Shown here in pieces: positions 1 to 9,017 of a stretch of DNA of 20,000 nt; the stretch's first letter is position 1; every line of letters starts with the position of its first letter. The notes under the pieces were generated by a model. The model did not search any database, was not told the DNA's origin, and saw only the letters and a list, made by a program, of their open reading frames with translations. A program made the position numbers and the translations under genes. Origin of the DNA: an uncultured virus (IMG/VR IMGVR_UViG_3300030107_007281) (taxonomy: Duplodnaviria; Heunggongvirae; Uroviricota; Caudoviricetes); the IMG/VR virus record IMGVR_UViG_3300030107_007281; one strand, given 5' to 3'.

Positions 1-172
1 TTTTATACTTCTTAGAAAGCTCCTTTATTGCTTTTAATGATCCACTTATTGGCTTTCCATAACATGTACCATCATGATAACCTTTATCAAAATTATGTAT
101 GACGCCATCAAAATCAATCGCTATGTTTTTTGCATCGCTTTCAAATCCCGGTGGAAAATTATTTTCTATCAT
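1..172 (-). CDS. HAD-superfamily phosphatase, N-terminal part (runs off the window start; not in the ORF track)
   Basis: ATG at 172 overlaps the TGA of the cupin gene (ATGA). Manual translation MIENNFPPGFESDAKNIAIDFDGVIHNFDKGYHDGTCYGKPISGSLKAIKELSKKYK... contains HAD motif I (DFDGV) and is open to the window edge. Confidence 0.8.
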   Translation of the reverse strand, partial: MIENNFPPGFESDAKNIAIDFDGVIHNFDKGYHDGTCYGKPISGSLKAIKELSKKYK

Positions 173-837
173 TGTTTTTCCATTTTCATAATTATAGTGT
201 TTTCTTTAACACCTTTGAAAACCTGTATTAATTGTTTTAAAACATTAGAAGATACAATATCTCCTGCACCGGCTACATTTATTCCATACTCTGCTACAAG
301 GCCGCCTTTTAAAAACATAATATTTATATTATCGTCAGTTTTTTCAAAATCTTCGATATTTAAAATATTTTTAACAGTCAAGGTACATCCAGAGAATTTA
401 TAAATGTTTTCTTCACCTTTTGGTGGATCTTCTATCCATAAACACTCTTCTTGTTTGGGATAATCATGAGAAGAGTCTTCATACGGCTTCCCTTCTCTTC
501 CATATGAATCTTTTAATCTTACTAAGTCATATTTGTCAACTGGTGTTTCTATTTCAAATACATTTGCACCTTCATCAGACACAGCACAGGTTGAATGAAA
601 TAAACCTTTTCTAATCATTATTTTATTGACCGGCCTTAAAGGATTATCATTGTTAAGAAATGAAACAACTGCCTCTCCTTTCAATAAGGCCAAGCCAGTT
701 GTCTTTTTCGGATGACAGTGCATTGAAGTTCTTTGATCTTTATTGATATGTAAAAACCATAATGCACACTCTTCGTTTTCATAAGCAAGATATTCATAGC
801 CCCAAGGCTTTTTTACTATATTATTTTCGTACCTCAT
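169..837 (-). CDS. Cupin-domain protein (mannose-6-phosphate isomerase-like cupin) with C-terminal extension
   Basis: N-terminal KPWGYE, SMHCHPKK metal motif, later FHS and EIETP, typical of sugar-isomerase-like cupins in glycan clusters. Confidence 0.75.
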   Translation of the reverse strand: MRYENNIVKKPWGYEYLAYENEECALWFLHINKDQRTSMHCHPKKTTGLALLKGEAVVSFLNNDNPLRPVNKIMIRKGLFHSTCAVSDEGANVFEIETPVDKYDLVRLKDSYGREGKPYEDSSHDYPKQEECLWIEDPPKGEENIYKFSGCTLTVKNILNIEDFEKTDDNINIMFLKGGLVAEYGINVAGAGDIVSSNVLKQLIQVFKGVKENTIIMKMEKQ

Positions 838-1376
838 TTGCCTCTCTTCTTAAAAACTTCATATCCGGTCCTCATCCATTCGCCCATAAAATCATAATGA
901 GGAGAGGAAACTATGTTTTTGTCTACAACAACAGGGCCTCTATGGTATGTTGCACCAGCATTATTGATATCAGCTTCAATAGCATAATAGCCAGATACTG
1001 TTTTACCTCTAATAACATCTGCTGTGATTAGCAATTGGGCTCCGTTACATAAGGACAAAATAGTTCTATCTAATGCGTCCCATTCACGAACGAATTCAAC
1101 TACCCCTTTTTCTAATCTTAATTTCTCCAACGCTTTAACACCGCCGGGTATAACCAACAAATCATACTCTTGCAAGTATTTTTCTCGATTTTTTGGATTG
1201 TTAAAATCCTCTGTCAGTATATCGCCCACCATATGACAACCTAAAATACCATAAAATCTTCCCAACTGATTGGCTACAATTGTAACTTCAAAATTGTTTT
1301 CTTTTAAACTATGATAAGGGTATATAACTTCGTGGTCTTGAAAACCAGCGTATGTAAGAATAATTGCTTTTTTCAT
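834..1376 (-). CDS. DJ-1/PfpI family protein (class I glutamine amidotransferase-like fold)
   Basis: GFQDHE (conserved Glu), YDLLVIPGG, nucleophile elbow SLCNGA, NAGATY...VVVDKNIVSS; 180 aa; SD AGGAG upstream. Confidence 0.9.
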   Translation of the reverse strand: MKKAIILTYAGFQDHEVIYPYHSLKENNFEVTIVANQLGRFYGILGCHMVGDILTEDFNNPKNREKYLQEYDLLVIPGGVKALEKLRLEKGVVEFVREWDALDRTILSLCNGAQLLITADVIRGKTVSGYYAIEADINNAGATYHRGPVVVDKNIVSSPHYDFMGEWMRTGYEVFKKRGK

Positions 1377-1384
1377 AAATTCTC

Positions 1385-1861
1385 CTATTTGTCTCTAAAT
1401 TGTAATATTGGATTATTAATCGGCCAATTTATATTTAACCTTTCATCATTCCATTTTATTGTAAACTGATCTTTTACATCTGGATAGTCTCCATCATAAG
1501 ACCATTTATAGTGAAAAACTGAACTATCACTCATCACTAAAAATCCATTTCCAACTCCGGGCGGAAGTAAAACCTGTTTTCTTTTTTTATCATCAAGAAT
1601 TAGCCAATCCCAAACATGAAATGTTTCAGAATTTTTTCTATTATCTACGACAACAAAATACATTTCTCCATATAAACAAGTTATTAACTTCCAAGACTTT
1701 TGATCTCCGTGGATTCCTCTTAAAACATGTTTTCTACTAGTAGAAACCTTATCGTGATTAAAGTCTAGCCCATGATCTCCTTGTTTCCATAAGGTCCACA
1801 AATCTCCCCTATAATCACAATATACATCTGGTTCTACTATTTTAACATCTTTAATTTTCAT
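1385..1861 (-). CDS. rmlC: NDP-4-keto-sugar 3,5-epimerase (dTDP-4-dehydrorhamnose 3,5-epimerase/RmlC family)
   Basis: DYRG, VLRGIH, KLITCLYG, VVVDNR, LPPGVGNGF, WND..LNINWP motifs. Start moved from 1900 to the ATG at 1861 (MKIKD) to reduce overlap. Exact substrate not determinable. Confidence 0.88.
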   Translation of the reverse strand: MKIKDVKIVEPDVYCDYRGDLWTLWKQGDHGLDFNHDKVSTSRKHVLRGIHGDQKSWKLITCLYGEMYFVVVDNRKNSETFHVWDWLILDDKKRKQVLLPPGVGNGFLVMSDSSVFHYKWSYDGDYPDVKDQFTIKWNDERLNINWPINNPILQFRDK

Positions 1862-2267
1862 TCTGCCAACTAATTTCCCAGTCTTTAAATTCAGCAGCAA
1901 GACAGTCTATCTTGTAATCCTTTCTACCACCAGCTAACTCTTGTATCTTATTTTTTGCTGTATTTCTAATACCATTAAGACCGTGTGTCAATTCAAGATC
2001 GTTTCCATCTTTAATACCTTTACGATAATTTGACTCATTGTGCCATATATGTAAATTCATTTGCGACAAGACTACAATAGCCCTTATGGTGTTACTATCC
2101 AATATAACATCTTTTTCACCAAGTGTCAAGTCAATATCGTGTAAAATATCAGAAATCTCTTTAGCATATTCATTTTTATGTTCTGGTATGAAAACCTCTT
2201 TCAATTGAACAATAGAAAGTCTATCAATTAGTTCTGATAATGTTGGTAAATATTTTCTATTCGCCAT
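1851..2267 (-). CDS. Helical protein resembling DUF6165/DUF4254-type proteins of glycosylation loci
   Basis: Pattern ELIDRLSIVQLK...N..IWH.E...R...N..R...KNKI; SD AGGAG upstream. Family call is from memory of the motif. Confidence 0.55.
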   Translation of the reverse strand: MANRKYLPTLSELIDRLSIVQLKEVFIPEHKNEYAKEISDILHDIDLTLGEKDVILDSNTIRAIVVLSQMNLHIWHNESNYRKGIKDGNDLELTHGLNGIRNTAKNKIQELAGGRKDYKIDCLAAEFKDWEISWQNEN

Positions 2268-2268
2268 T

Positions 2269-3078
2269 TTATCTCCTTTGTTTAAATCCGTAGTATCTTA
2301 ATATTCTATCAAATATACCTCTTTCGTATTTAGGGTTGGCCAAACAACGAACATGAGAGGGTATCTGTTTCAAATAATATTGTATAAGTTTTCTTTTTTT
2401 AGATTGTTTATCGAGACTTAAATCATAAAAATTATTATCATCAGTTATTTTATCATATTTTCTCAATAATTCTCGCGATGGAATCTGGATTTTCCATGGT
2501 CTAATAAAATTGGCTACCTTATTCAATTCTTCCAAGCTAGTAATAGAAACATTACCGTAGTCTTGATCGAAAAACCAAGACTTATATAGCTCCTTGGTTG
2601 CAATTTGATAACTATCGCACTGATCATTGGTTATCCAAGCTTGTGTTGGGGCTGGGTGCTTTTCTCCATCCCAAATACCATGATCAATAATCACACAATT
2701 TAATAAATTTTTTACCCAATTAGAAATGTTTATTGACGCCAATTTATCAACACCAGCTTCTCTTCTAAAATTTAAAACTTCTTTTAAATGGTTAACATCA
2801 CTATCAACAAATAAAGAATCATATTGAGAACAAACCCAAATAAAATCGCTGTCAAATTGATCGGCCATTAGTTGCCATTCTTTTTGAGTTTTATTGATCT
2901 GATTTCTTACATCAACTTTGTGTTCATTAAATGTATTATAAATAATTTTTTCAACTTCTTCAAATGATTCGCTATTAATATAAAAAAATGTTTTTTTAAA
3001 GGGAAAGGATTTTATACTAATAAGAAATCTTTCAAAAAGCTGCTTATCTTTTACAGTTCCGTTAAATAAGAAATTCAT
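2269..3078 (-). CDS. Hypothetical protein (possibly degenerate GT-A-like)
   Basis: 269 aa ORF, ATGA-coupled to the upstream gene. Only a weak nucleotide-diphospho-sugar-transferase-like pattern (DFIWVCSQYDSLFVD). Confidence 0.5.
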   Translation of the reverse strand: MNFLFNGTVKDKQLFERFLISIKSFPFKKTFFYINSESFEEVEKIIYNTFNEHKVDVRNQINKTQKEWQLMADQFDSDFIWVCSQYDSLFVDSDVNHLKEVLNFRREAGVDKLASINISNWVKNLLNCVIIDHGIWDGEKHPAPTQAWITNDQCDSYQIATKELYKSWFFDQDYGNVSITSLEELNKVANFIRPWKIQIPSRELLRKYDKITDDNNFYDLSLDKQSKKRKLIQYYLKQIPSHVRCLANPKYERGIFDRILRYYGFKQRR

Positions 3079-3680
3079 ATCTTCTCCACTATAAAGTCTT
3101 TCATGTCTATTAGTTCTTTTATTTCTTTTAAATCTCTTTTAATAAAAATAATCCCGCAACCTTGTCCATCAACAGTTGGATCTTTTGCATAAAACATGCT
3201 ATCTGTATGCGGTTTAATCAAGTCTAAAATATAGTCTTTGTCGCAATCTTTACCATCATAGGAATCATAACCATGACGAGATGATATCGTACCGTCTTCA
3301 TTTGGAGTTTTAAAATCATCTATTATGATAATGGGGCTTTCTAATTTACAAATGTTTTCTATCTCTCCGCGAAGTGGCCAAGCTTTTGGATTCCAGTGTG
3401 CATCTAAATAAAAAACGGGATTATTGTTATCTTTAAAAAGATTTATATTATTTTTCAAATAGCTTTTTGAATCACTTTGAATTATTGTTGTGTTTGGGTC
3501 ATTCTTAAATATTTTTCTACCATATTCACAATACAGGGGATTTATTTCTATTTCTATTATCTTCAAATCTTTAAACCAAGACCTAACAACGGTTGTCGTT
3601 GAGCCTCTAAAAAACCCAGTCTCTACAAAAAGATCAGATTGAAAATTTTTAATTATTTGTTTTGCTACGTCATTTATCAT
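3075..3680 (-). CDS. Class I SAM-dependent methyltransferase-like protein
   Basis: FVETGFFRGST (motif I), IEIEIN (motif II), SDS, FYLDAH, IIIIDD. Confidence 0.75.
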   Translation of the reverse strand: MINDVAKQIIKNFQSDLFVETGFFRGSTTTVVRSWFKDLKIIEIEINPLYCEYGRKIFKNDPNTTIIQSDSKSYLKNNINLFKDNNNPVFYLDAHWNPKAWPLRGEIENICKLESPIIIIDDFKTPNEDGTISSRHGYDSYDGKDCDKDYILDLIKPHTDSMFYAKDPTVDGQGCGIIFIKRDLKEIKELIDMKDFIVEKI

Positions 3681-4555
3681 ATTAAAAACCTAAAAATATA
3701 TTTTGTCACTTCATTATCAATATTGAATGTATGGTCTGTTGTCTTTTGTTTGTGTAAATTGACACTAGTTCTGGCTGTGTAGTTATCATACAGTCCATAT
3801 CTAACCCACAAACACCTTCTAACTGCTTTTGGTTGTAAGGTCATCCCATAATGAATACCCCAGTTATCTTCTATGAAGCCGTCTCCCGCATTGCCAACCA
3901 ATATTTTTGGCCTTTCATCGATAGGTGTTAAAACACTACCTACCTTAGCTCCTTTAATTCCTTTATGTGTTCCAGATTCATAAACATGCGGACCATTTGT
4001 TAAATCAACATCATCCAGATATATAAATAAAGATAAAAATTTAAAGTCATCTAAATCTCTATGTCTTCTTGTAGTTCCATGTCCAGATGTACCAACAGAT
4101 AACATACAATTTATACCATAGCAAGTTGGCAAACAACCCAAATACTGTGAGACAATATTTATTATCAAAGGATTAGAAGCAATATTGGTAATTGTTTTGC
4201 ATTTTATTAAATCCTGCATGGACCAACAATAAATACCATTTAATGAATCAATGTCATAATCATACATTGGGACACCATCACTGTACAAATCATTCTTTAT
4301 ATGGCCCTTATAAATAGGAAAATTTTCCAACTCTTTTTTAGTTTCAAGTGAATTTAAAATATTTCCCAAATATAAGCAACCATCTTCATTTAAAGTTTGA
4401 TTTGGTGTGGAAAGGTGTTTAGTGTTTTTATTAATATGTTCTCTTATAATATTATAGTAATGTTCTTTTTTTTCTAAATTTAAATCTGTTTCTTCAGACA
4501 ATCCACTCAATTCAACAGGTACTAAATTTTTTATCTCTTTGTGATCATTGATCAT
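3677..4555 (-). CDS. Fe(II)/2-oxoglutarate dioxygenase, PhyH-like
   Basis: HRD (HxD)...FIYLDDVD..NGP..Y..GTH...G.AGD...D..GIH.G...RR: facial triad plus 2OG-binding Arg. Confidence 0.85.
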   Translation of the reverse strand: MINDHKEIKNLVPVELSGLSEETDLNLEKKEHYYNIIREHINKNTKHLSTPNQTLNEDGCLYLGNILNSLETKKELENFPIYKGHIKNDLYSDGVPMYDYDIDSLNGIYCWSMQDLIKCKTITNIASNPLIINIVSQYLGCLPTCYGINCMLSVGTSGHGTTRRHRDLDDFKFLSLFIYLDDVDLTNGPHVYESGTHKGIKGAKVGSVLTPIDERPKILVGNAGDGFIEDNWGIHYGMTLQPKAVRRCLWVRYGLYDNYTARTSVNLHKQKTTDHTFNIDNEVTKYIFRFLI

Positions 4556-6183
4556 TTTTTCAAACCTACAAATTGTCTAAAATAATCATAATAATTTTTA
4601 TAGTTTTCACCGAACAAATCTTTATATTTAAAAAATAATTTAGCTTCTTCTATCTTTTGTTCTATGTTGTGAGAGTCTTGTGATCTACCACCTTCAAGAT
4701 AAAGGCCAACAATTTTGTCTATTTTTTTAAAAACTGAACCCATACTTACTGAGCGTAGCCACAATTCCCAATCATCACTAAAATTTTGATTCTCATCGTC
4801 AAAGAACCCGACATTATTTATCATTCTTCTTGTCCACATTGGCATAGGACCCGGAAGACATTTTATCATATTTTCTTTTGAAAAATGGAGAACTGAATGT
4901 TCTGAATACTTTTCAGATTTTGTTTCATTAAGTTTTTCATTTTCAACGGAAGTGACCAAACAATCACCATATACTAAATCTATCTCTTTATTGTTGCAAA
5001 GTTCGTTATACATGGTTTCTAAAAAATCTTCACTCTTTCTGTCATCTATCATGGCCCAAGTTATATATTTAGAATTACATTGCATCATTGCTAAATTATG
5101 TCCCTTCGTAGGAGGGAACAGTTCATCATATCTAATATATTTTATATTTTTGTATTGCTTGCAATAAGATTGCACAATCTCTTGTTCTTTACCCGGCGAA
5201 GCAGAATCAACAATTATAAATTCACACTCATGGAAAATGGTTTGTGAGGTGATATCTTCCATAAAACCTTCTATGAATTTTTCTGCTTTATAGAATGTGC
5301 TTATTATTGAGACTTTTGGTTTTTCAATTTTATCATAATCTTTATTGATTAAGTTTTTTACCAAGAGTAAAATTTCAGTTCTTTTGTTTCTAATATATTC
5401 AACAAGCTCCGGGCCTTTTAGTTTAAACCAATCTTCATGTGTGGCCCCGACCATTTGATTTGTTAATACTTTACACCCAAGCATCCTAGCTTCAACAACC
5501 ACTCTCGATAATGTTTCTGGGCTTCTTGGTAGGAATATAAATTTTTCATTTTTTGATAAAAGTTCTAAAAAATGAAAATAATTTGAACTCTTGACCAATT
5601 GAAAATCTATTTTTTTACTTAGGCAATATTGAACTGTACCTGCTGTGTTTTTATTGGCAATGTTTGATTCAAGAATGCTACATTTGTTACTTTTTTGAGT
5701 TATAGAAAGCTCGCTAATCTTGTTCAATGTTCTTGTTGACCATAGATTCCCACCTACACTTATAGTATTATCAAGATTTAAATTTTTATCAATTATGCTC
5801 TTATGAAATTTGGATTGACAAATTATCTTTTTAGCATTTTTATAAAGAAAAAAATTAATTATTTGATGCGGCTCTGCTTTAAAGTTTTCATAAGATATAG
5901 GATTTCTATTTTTTAAGTATTTGTGATCGTGTTCATATATTATATAATCTAAGTCAATCATAAATTCTTTACAATTTGAACTTAAACCACAAAAATTTGA
6001 TATTATAAAAAAACAATCTTTCCTCTCTTGGAGGAAAGACTCTTTAACTTTGGTGCTTCTGATTTTTTCGACTATAAACCCATCTTCGGATAAGAGTTTG
6101 ATCAACTCATCATCATTTAATTCAGCCCCACCTATAACATCAGATACAAAAAAGTCACTGATGTATATAACCTTTCTATTCAT
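4552..6183 (-). CDS. Two-domain glycosyltransferase: N-terminal GT-B-like plus C-terminal GT2 (GT-A)
   Basis: N-terminal GGAE...EHDH...PETLSRVVVEARMLGC. C-terminal KVSIIST, FIIVDSAS, YITWAMIDDR, LVYGD, SDDWELWLR. Confidence 0.85.
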   Translation of the reverse strand: MNRKVIYISDFFVSDVIGGAELNDDELIKLLSEDGFIVEKIRSTKVKESFLQERKDCFFIISNFCGLSSNCKEFMIDLDYIIYEHDHKYLKNRNPISYENFKAEPHQIINFFLYKNAKKIICQSKFHKSIIDKNLNLDNTISVGGNLWSTRTLNKISELSITQKSNKCSILESNIANKNTAGTVQYCLSKKIDFQLVKSSNYFHFLELLSKNEKFIFLPRSPETLSRVVVEARMLGCKVLTNQMVGATHEDWFKLKGPELVEYIRNKRTEILLLVKNLINKDYDKIEKPKVSIISTFYKAEKFIEGFMEDITSQTIFHECEFIIVDSASPGKEQEIVQSYCKQYKNIKYIRYDELFPPTKGHNLAMMQCNSKYITWAMIDDRKSEDFLETMYNELCNNKEIDLVYGDCLVTSVENEKLNETKSEKYSEHSVLHFSKENMIKCLPGPMPMWTRRMINNVGFFDDENQNFSDDWELWLRSVSMGSVFKKIDKIVGLYLEGGRSQDSHNIEQKIEEAKLFFKYKDLFGENYKNYYDYFRQFVGLKK

Positions 6184-7420
6184 ATTCTTTTATAATGTCC
6201 TCAAAATCATTCAACCAAGCATCGGGGTTCTCGAACTCATCTATACATTTTATAAAATTTGAATATAAAAACTCATCAGAAAATTTCTCATCAATTATAT
6301 TTTTTAATTTAGATGAGGTTTCCTTTGCATCATCCCAATTTTTATAAAGTTTACGAAGATTCATTTTATAAGAACCTTGATCGGCATAAGCCCACTTTGA
6401 ATTTTCATTTAAAACACCGGGCCAAACGGCTTCTCTCTGTATTGGTTCCACGCTAAATTCAACTGAATGAAAATATTCTTTTTTATCATGGATAAGAAAA
6501 TCTTGTTGACCTCCCCAAGCGATTGTAATTATCGGCAACCCTTCTCTTGCGGCCTCAAATAAAGGAAGTCCGAAACCTTCGCCATGAGCAATATTTATCA
6601 TTGCTTTAATTTTAGGATTATTATATAACCCAGTCATTTGACCCTCAGAGAGATCTCCGTGTAAAAGATATACTTTACACTTTCTATCTTTGTATTTGGA
6701 AAGTATATTTTCAATATTTTGACGGGTTGCGTTTAAGTCCATACGAGAATTATTTTTAATATTAGTTTTTACTATCAAGCCCACTTCTTGGTCTATAAAC
6801 TCTTCAACCCACCAAGTAATAGCGTTGTAAAAGTTCTTTCGGGGACCCATTTGTGAAACAATTAAAAAGTTAAAATCAGTTGATAAATTGAGCCCCGGAG
6901 TCTCTTGGGGGGATGCTCTTACAGTTTTTTCCCAAACCACTTCCACTGGTGTGTTTAATTTGTATGGGACTTTTTCACCGGTTTGTCTATTGGTGGCTTC
7001 GACAATTGTATTTTCGTAGGATTGTTTGGCATGATTTGATACAACAAGAATTTTATCTACTTCTTCATTACCTTTTTGTAACCAAACAGGATCAACTTTG
7101 GTAGTTTCTATACCAGCAGTATATCCAATATTAACTGGTGCTATTTTTTGAAACTCATTTGGTATTGTTATTTGCAAAGAAATATCAACTTGAAGTTGTT
7201 TTTTGTGAGCAAGAATTTGTGTTAATGTTATTTTTTCATCCATCCATTGACGGAATTCTTCGTCTTTCCAAATCCAGCCAGTTTGACCCCAAGGAATTGG
7301 TTGAATAAAAATATCAAATAAATCTTCTCTTGATCGCAATGCACGAAGTGCAAATCGTGATTGTTCACCATATCCAGATTGCGATAACACTGGTCCTTTT
7401 ACAAAGATTTTCTTTTTCAT
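6176..7420 (-). CDS. Glycosyltransferase family 4-like (GT-B)
   Basis: SGYG at the N-terminus, RKN, HGEGFGLPLFEAA..GLPII (EX7E). Confidence 0.9.
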   Translation of the reverse strand: MKKKIFVKGPVLSQSGYGEQSRFALRALRSREDLFDIFIQPIPWGQTGWIWKDEEFRQWMDEKITLTQILAHKKQLQVDISLQITIPNEFQKIAPVNIGYTAGIETTKVDPVWLQKGNEEVDKILVVSNHAKQSYENTIVEATNRQTGEKVPYKLNTPVEVVWEKTVRASPQETPGLNLSTDFNFLIVSQMGPRKNFYNAITWWVEEFIDQEVGLIVKTNIKNNSRMDLNATRQNIENILSKYKDRKCKVYLLHGDLSEGQMTGLYNNPKIKAMINIAHGEGFGLPLFEAAREGLPIITIAWGGQQDFLIHDKKEYFHSVEFSVEPIQREAVWPGVLNENSKWAYADQGSYKMNLRKLYKNWDDAKETSSKLKNIIDEKFSDEFLYSNFIKCIDEFENPDAWLNDFEDIIKEYE

Positions 7421-8682
7421 GCTACCTCACTAAAATAAATTCCGTTATAGTTTTGTCTAGACTGCCAAGATCCATTCTCATTAATAATTTTTTCCATCAA
7501 TTCAGTCCATTGTTTTTTGAAATTATCAAAATTATAATTTTGTAAGACATGTTGTCTGCCCTTTAAGCCCATTTTTCTACGATCTTCGTGCGTCATATTA
7601 TATATTTTACTTAGAGCACTAAAAAATTGTTCTTTACTGGTTCGATCTTCATAAATATACGGAACATCTTGTGAACCAATAATCGCTTTTGATGTTGGAG
7701 TAAGGCCGACACCAAACCATTCAACACCATTTGTAACCTGTTCCTGTAATCCACCTGTCATATTGACAATAATTGGTGTACCGCAAGATAAAGATTCTAA
7801 TGTTGCAAGTCCAAAACCTTCTGCATCTGATATATTGATTGTACAATCAACCATATTATATAATGCAGACAATGCTTCTGGGTTTACTTTATTTTTAGAG
7901 AACAAAACTTGTCGTTTATCAAGATTCAAATGTGTAACTATGTGTTCTAAATCTTGTCCATGAGGGTCTTTGGGTTCTGTGTGCATTACAAGTTGTGCTT
8001 TATCGTGAAGATCATATTTATCTAACCACTCTTTGAACCAAAAAATTAATGTACCAGATTGCTTTCTTCTTGCATTTCTGTTGTTCCAAAAGAAAACAAC
8101 TTTCTCTATATCCTCAGAATTTAAATTTTCATTTCTAATTTTTTGTATTTGTTCGGTTGAAAGTGGTCTGAAAATATCTTGATTTACTGCATGTGGAATA
8201 TATGTGCTCTGTACTTCGGGGGCAACAGTTTTGACAATATCATCCGTAACTTTTGATATGGTTGCAATATGATCATTTGACATGTAGTATTGTTTGTTAA
8301 ACATAGGATAGGGATAATTATCCCAAACATGATAATAAACAATTGGACACAATGGACGAACTTCATTTTCCATAGCCCATAGCCATCCCCAAAATCTTGG
8401 ATCAGTCATAATCCAAACAGCATCAATCTTTTCAGTTCTAATAATTGATCTTATTTGTTCCTGAGTGCCATATCCATTAACTGGAATAATCTGCCAGTCA
8501 TCTCCGTAAGGCTCTACTTTAATTGGTTGGTAATTTTGATGTTTGATAGCACCACCGAGTGATATAATAGAATATTTTTCAGTTTCAAGAAGTGCTTCAC
8601 AAACATACTTTGTTTGAGTCCCAACACCAGATGGTGAGAGAGGGTGATCCGATAAAGTAAGGATCTTCTTTTTATTAGACAA
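7417..8682 (-). CDS. Glycosyltransferase family 4-like (GT-B), TTG start
   Basis: SDHP..PSGVG, NRNARRK, AEGFGLATLESLSCGTPII (EX7E); SD GAGG upstream of TTG. Confidence 0.9.
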   Translation of the reverse strand: MSNKKKILTLSDHPLSPSGVGTQTKYVCEALLETEKYSIISLGGAIKHQNYQPIKVEPYGDDWQIIPVNGYGTQEQIRSIIRTEKIDAVWIMTDPRFWGWLWAMENEVRPLCPIVYYHVWDNYPYPMFNKQYYMSNDHIATISKVTDDIVKTVAPEVQSTYIPHAVNQDIFRPLSTEQIQKIRNENLNSEDIEKVVFFWNNRNARRKQSGTLIFWFKEWLDKYDLHDKAQLVMHTEPKDPHGQDLEHIVTHLNLDKRQVLFSKNKVNPEALSALYNMVDCTINISDAEGFGLATLESLSCGTPIIVNMTGGLQEQVTNGVEWFGVGLTPTSKAIIGSQDVPYIYEDRTSKEQFFSALSKIYNMTHEDRRKMGLKGRQHVLQNYNFDNFKKQWTELMEKIINENGSWQSRQNYNGIYFSEVA

Positions 8683-8702
8683 TTTAACCTCGTTTTTATT
8701 AT

Positions 8703-8731
8703 ATTATAACAGTTTAATTTTTATTTGTCAA
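8703..8731 (-). promoter_or_regulatory. Consensus sigma70-type promoter driving the glycan operon
   Basis: Minus strand TTGACA(8731-8726)-17 nt-TATAAT(8708-8703) with extended -10 TG; the -35 overlaps the last codons of the upstream ORF. Confidence 0.9.
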
Positions 8732-9017
8732 GGGGTTTTTTCACTTTTTTTATAGAAAGAGAACCACAGTCTTTAATTTCTTCTCCGACTTGAATTTTGT
8801 AAACTCTACATCCGAGATGATAAAGAATATGATTTTTGTTTTCTGAAATTCCTATTATAATGCCGAGTTCTTTTTTATATGTCTCCACCAGATCTCCAAT
8901 TTTAAAATCTATATCTAATACATCAATGTGATCGGGGTGTATATCAATCGAAACAGAACCATTAGCAACATATAAGCTATCACCAGTTGTATATGTATAA
9001 TAATCCTTCTTACTCAT
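8721..9017 (-). CDS. Hypothetical protein, small KOW/SH3-like barrel
   Basis: 98 aa, overlaps the upstream stop; FKIGDLV...GIII pattern. Confidence 0.55.
   Translation of the reverse strand: MSKKDYYTYTTGDSLYVANGSVSIDIHPDHIDVLDIDFKIGDLVETYKKELGIIIGISENKNHILYHLGCRVYKIQVGEEIKDCGSLSIKKVKKPLDK

Noticed and set aside
3677..4555. TET/JBP-type DNA base hydroxylase paired with GTs
   Set aside because: Motifs match PhyH-like small-molecule dioxygenases rather than TET/JBP, and no DNA methyltransferase or hydroxymethylase is in the window. DNA as the acceptor remains only a hypothesis.
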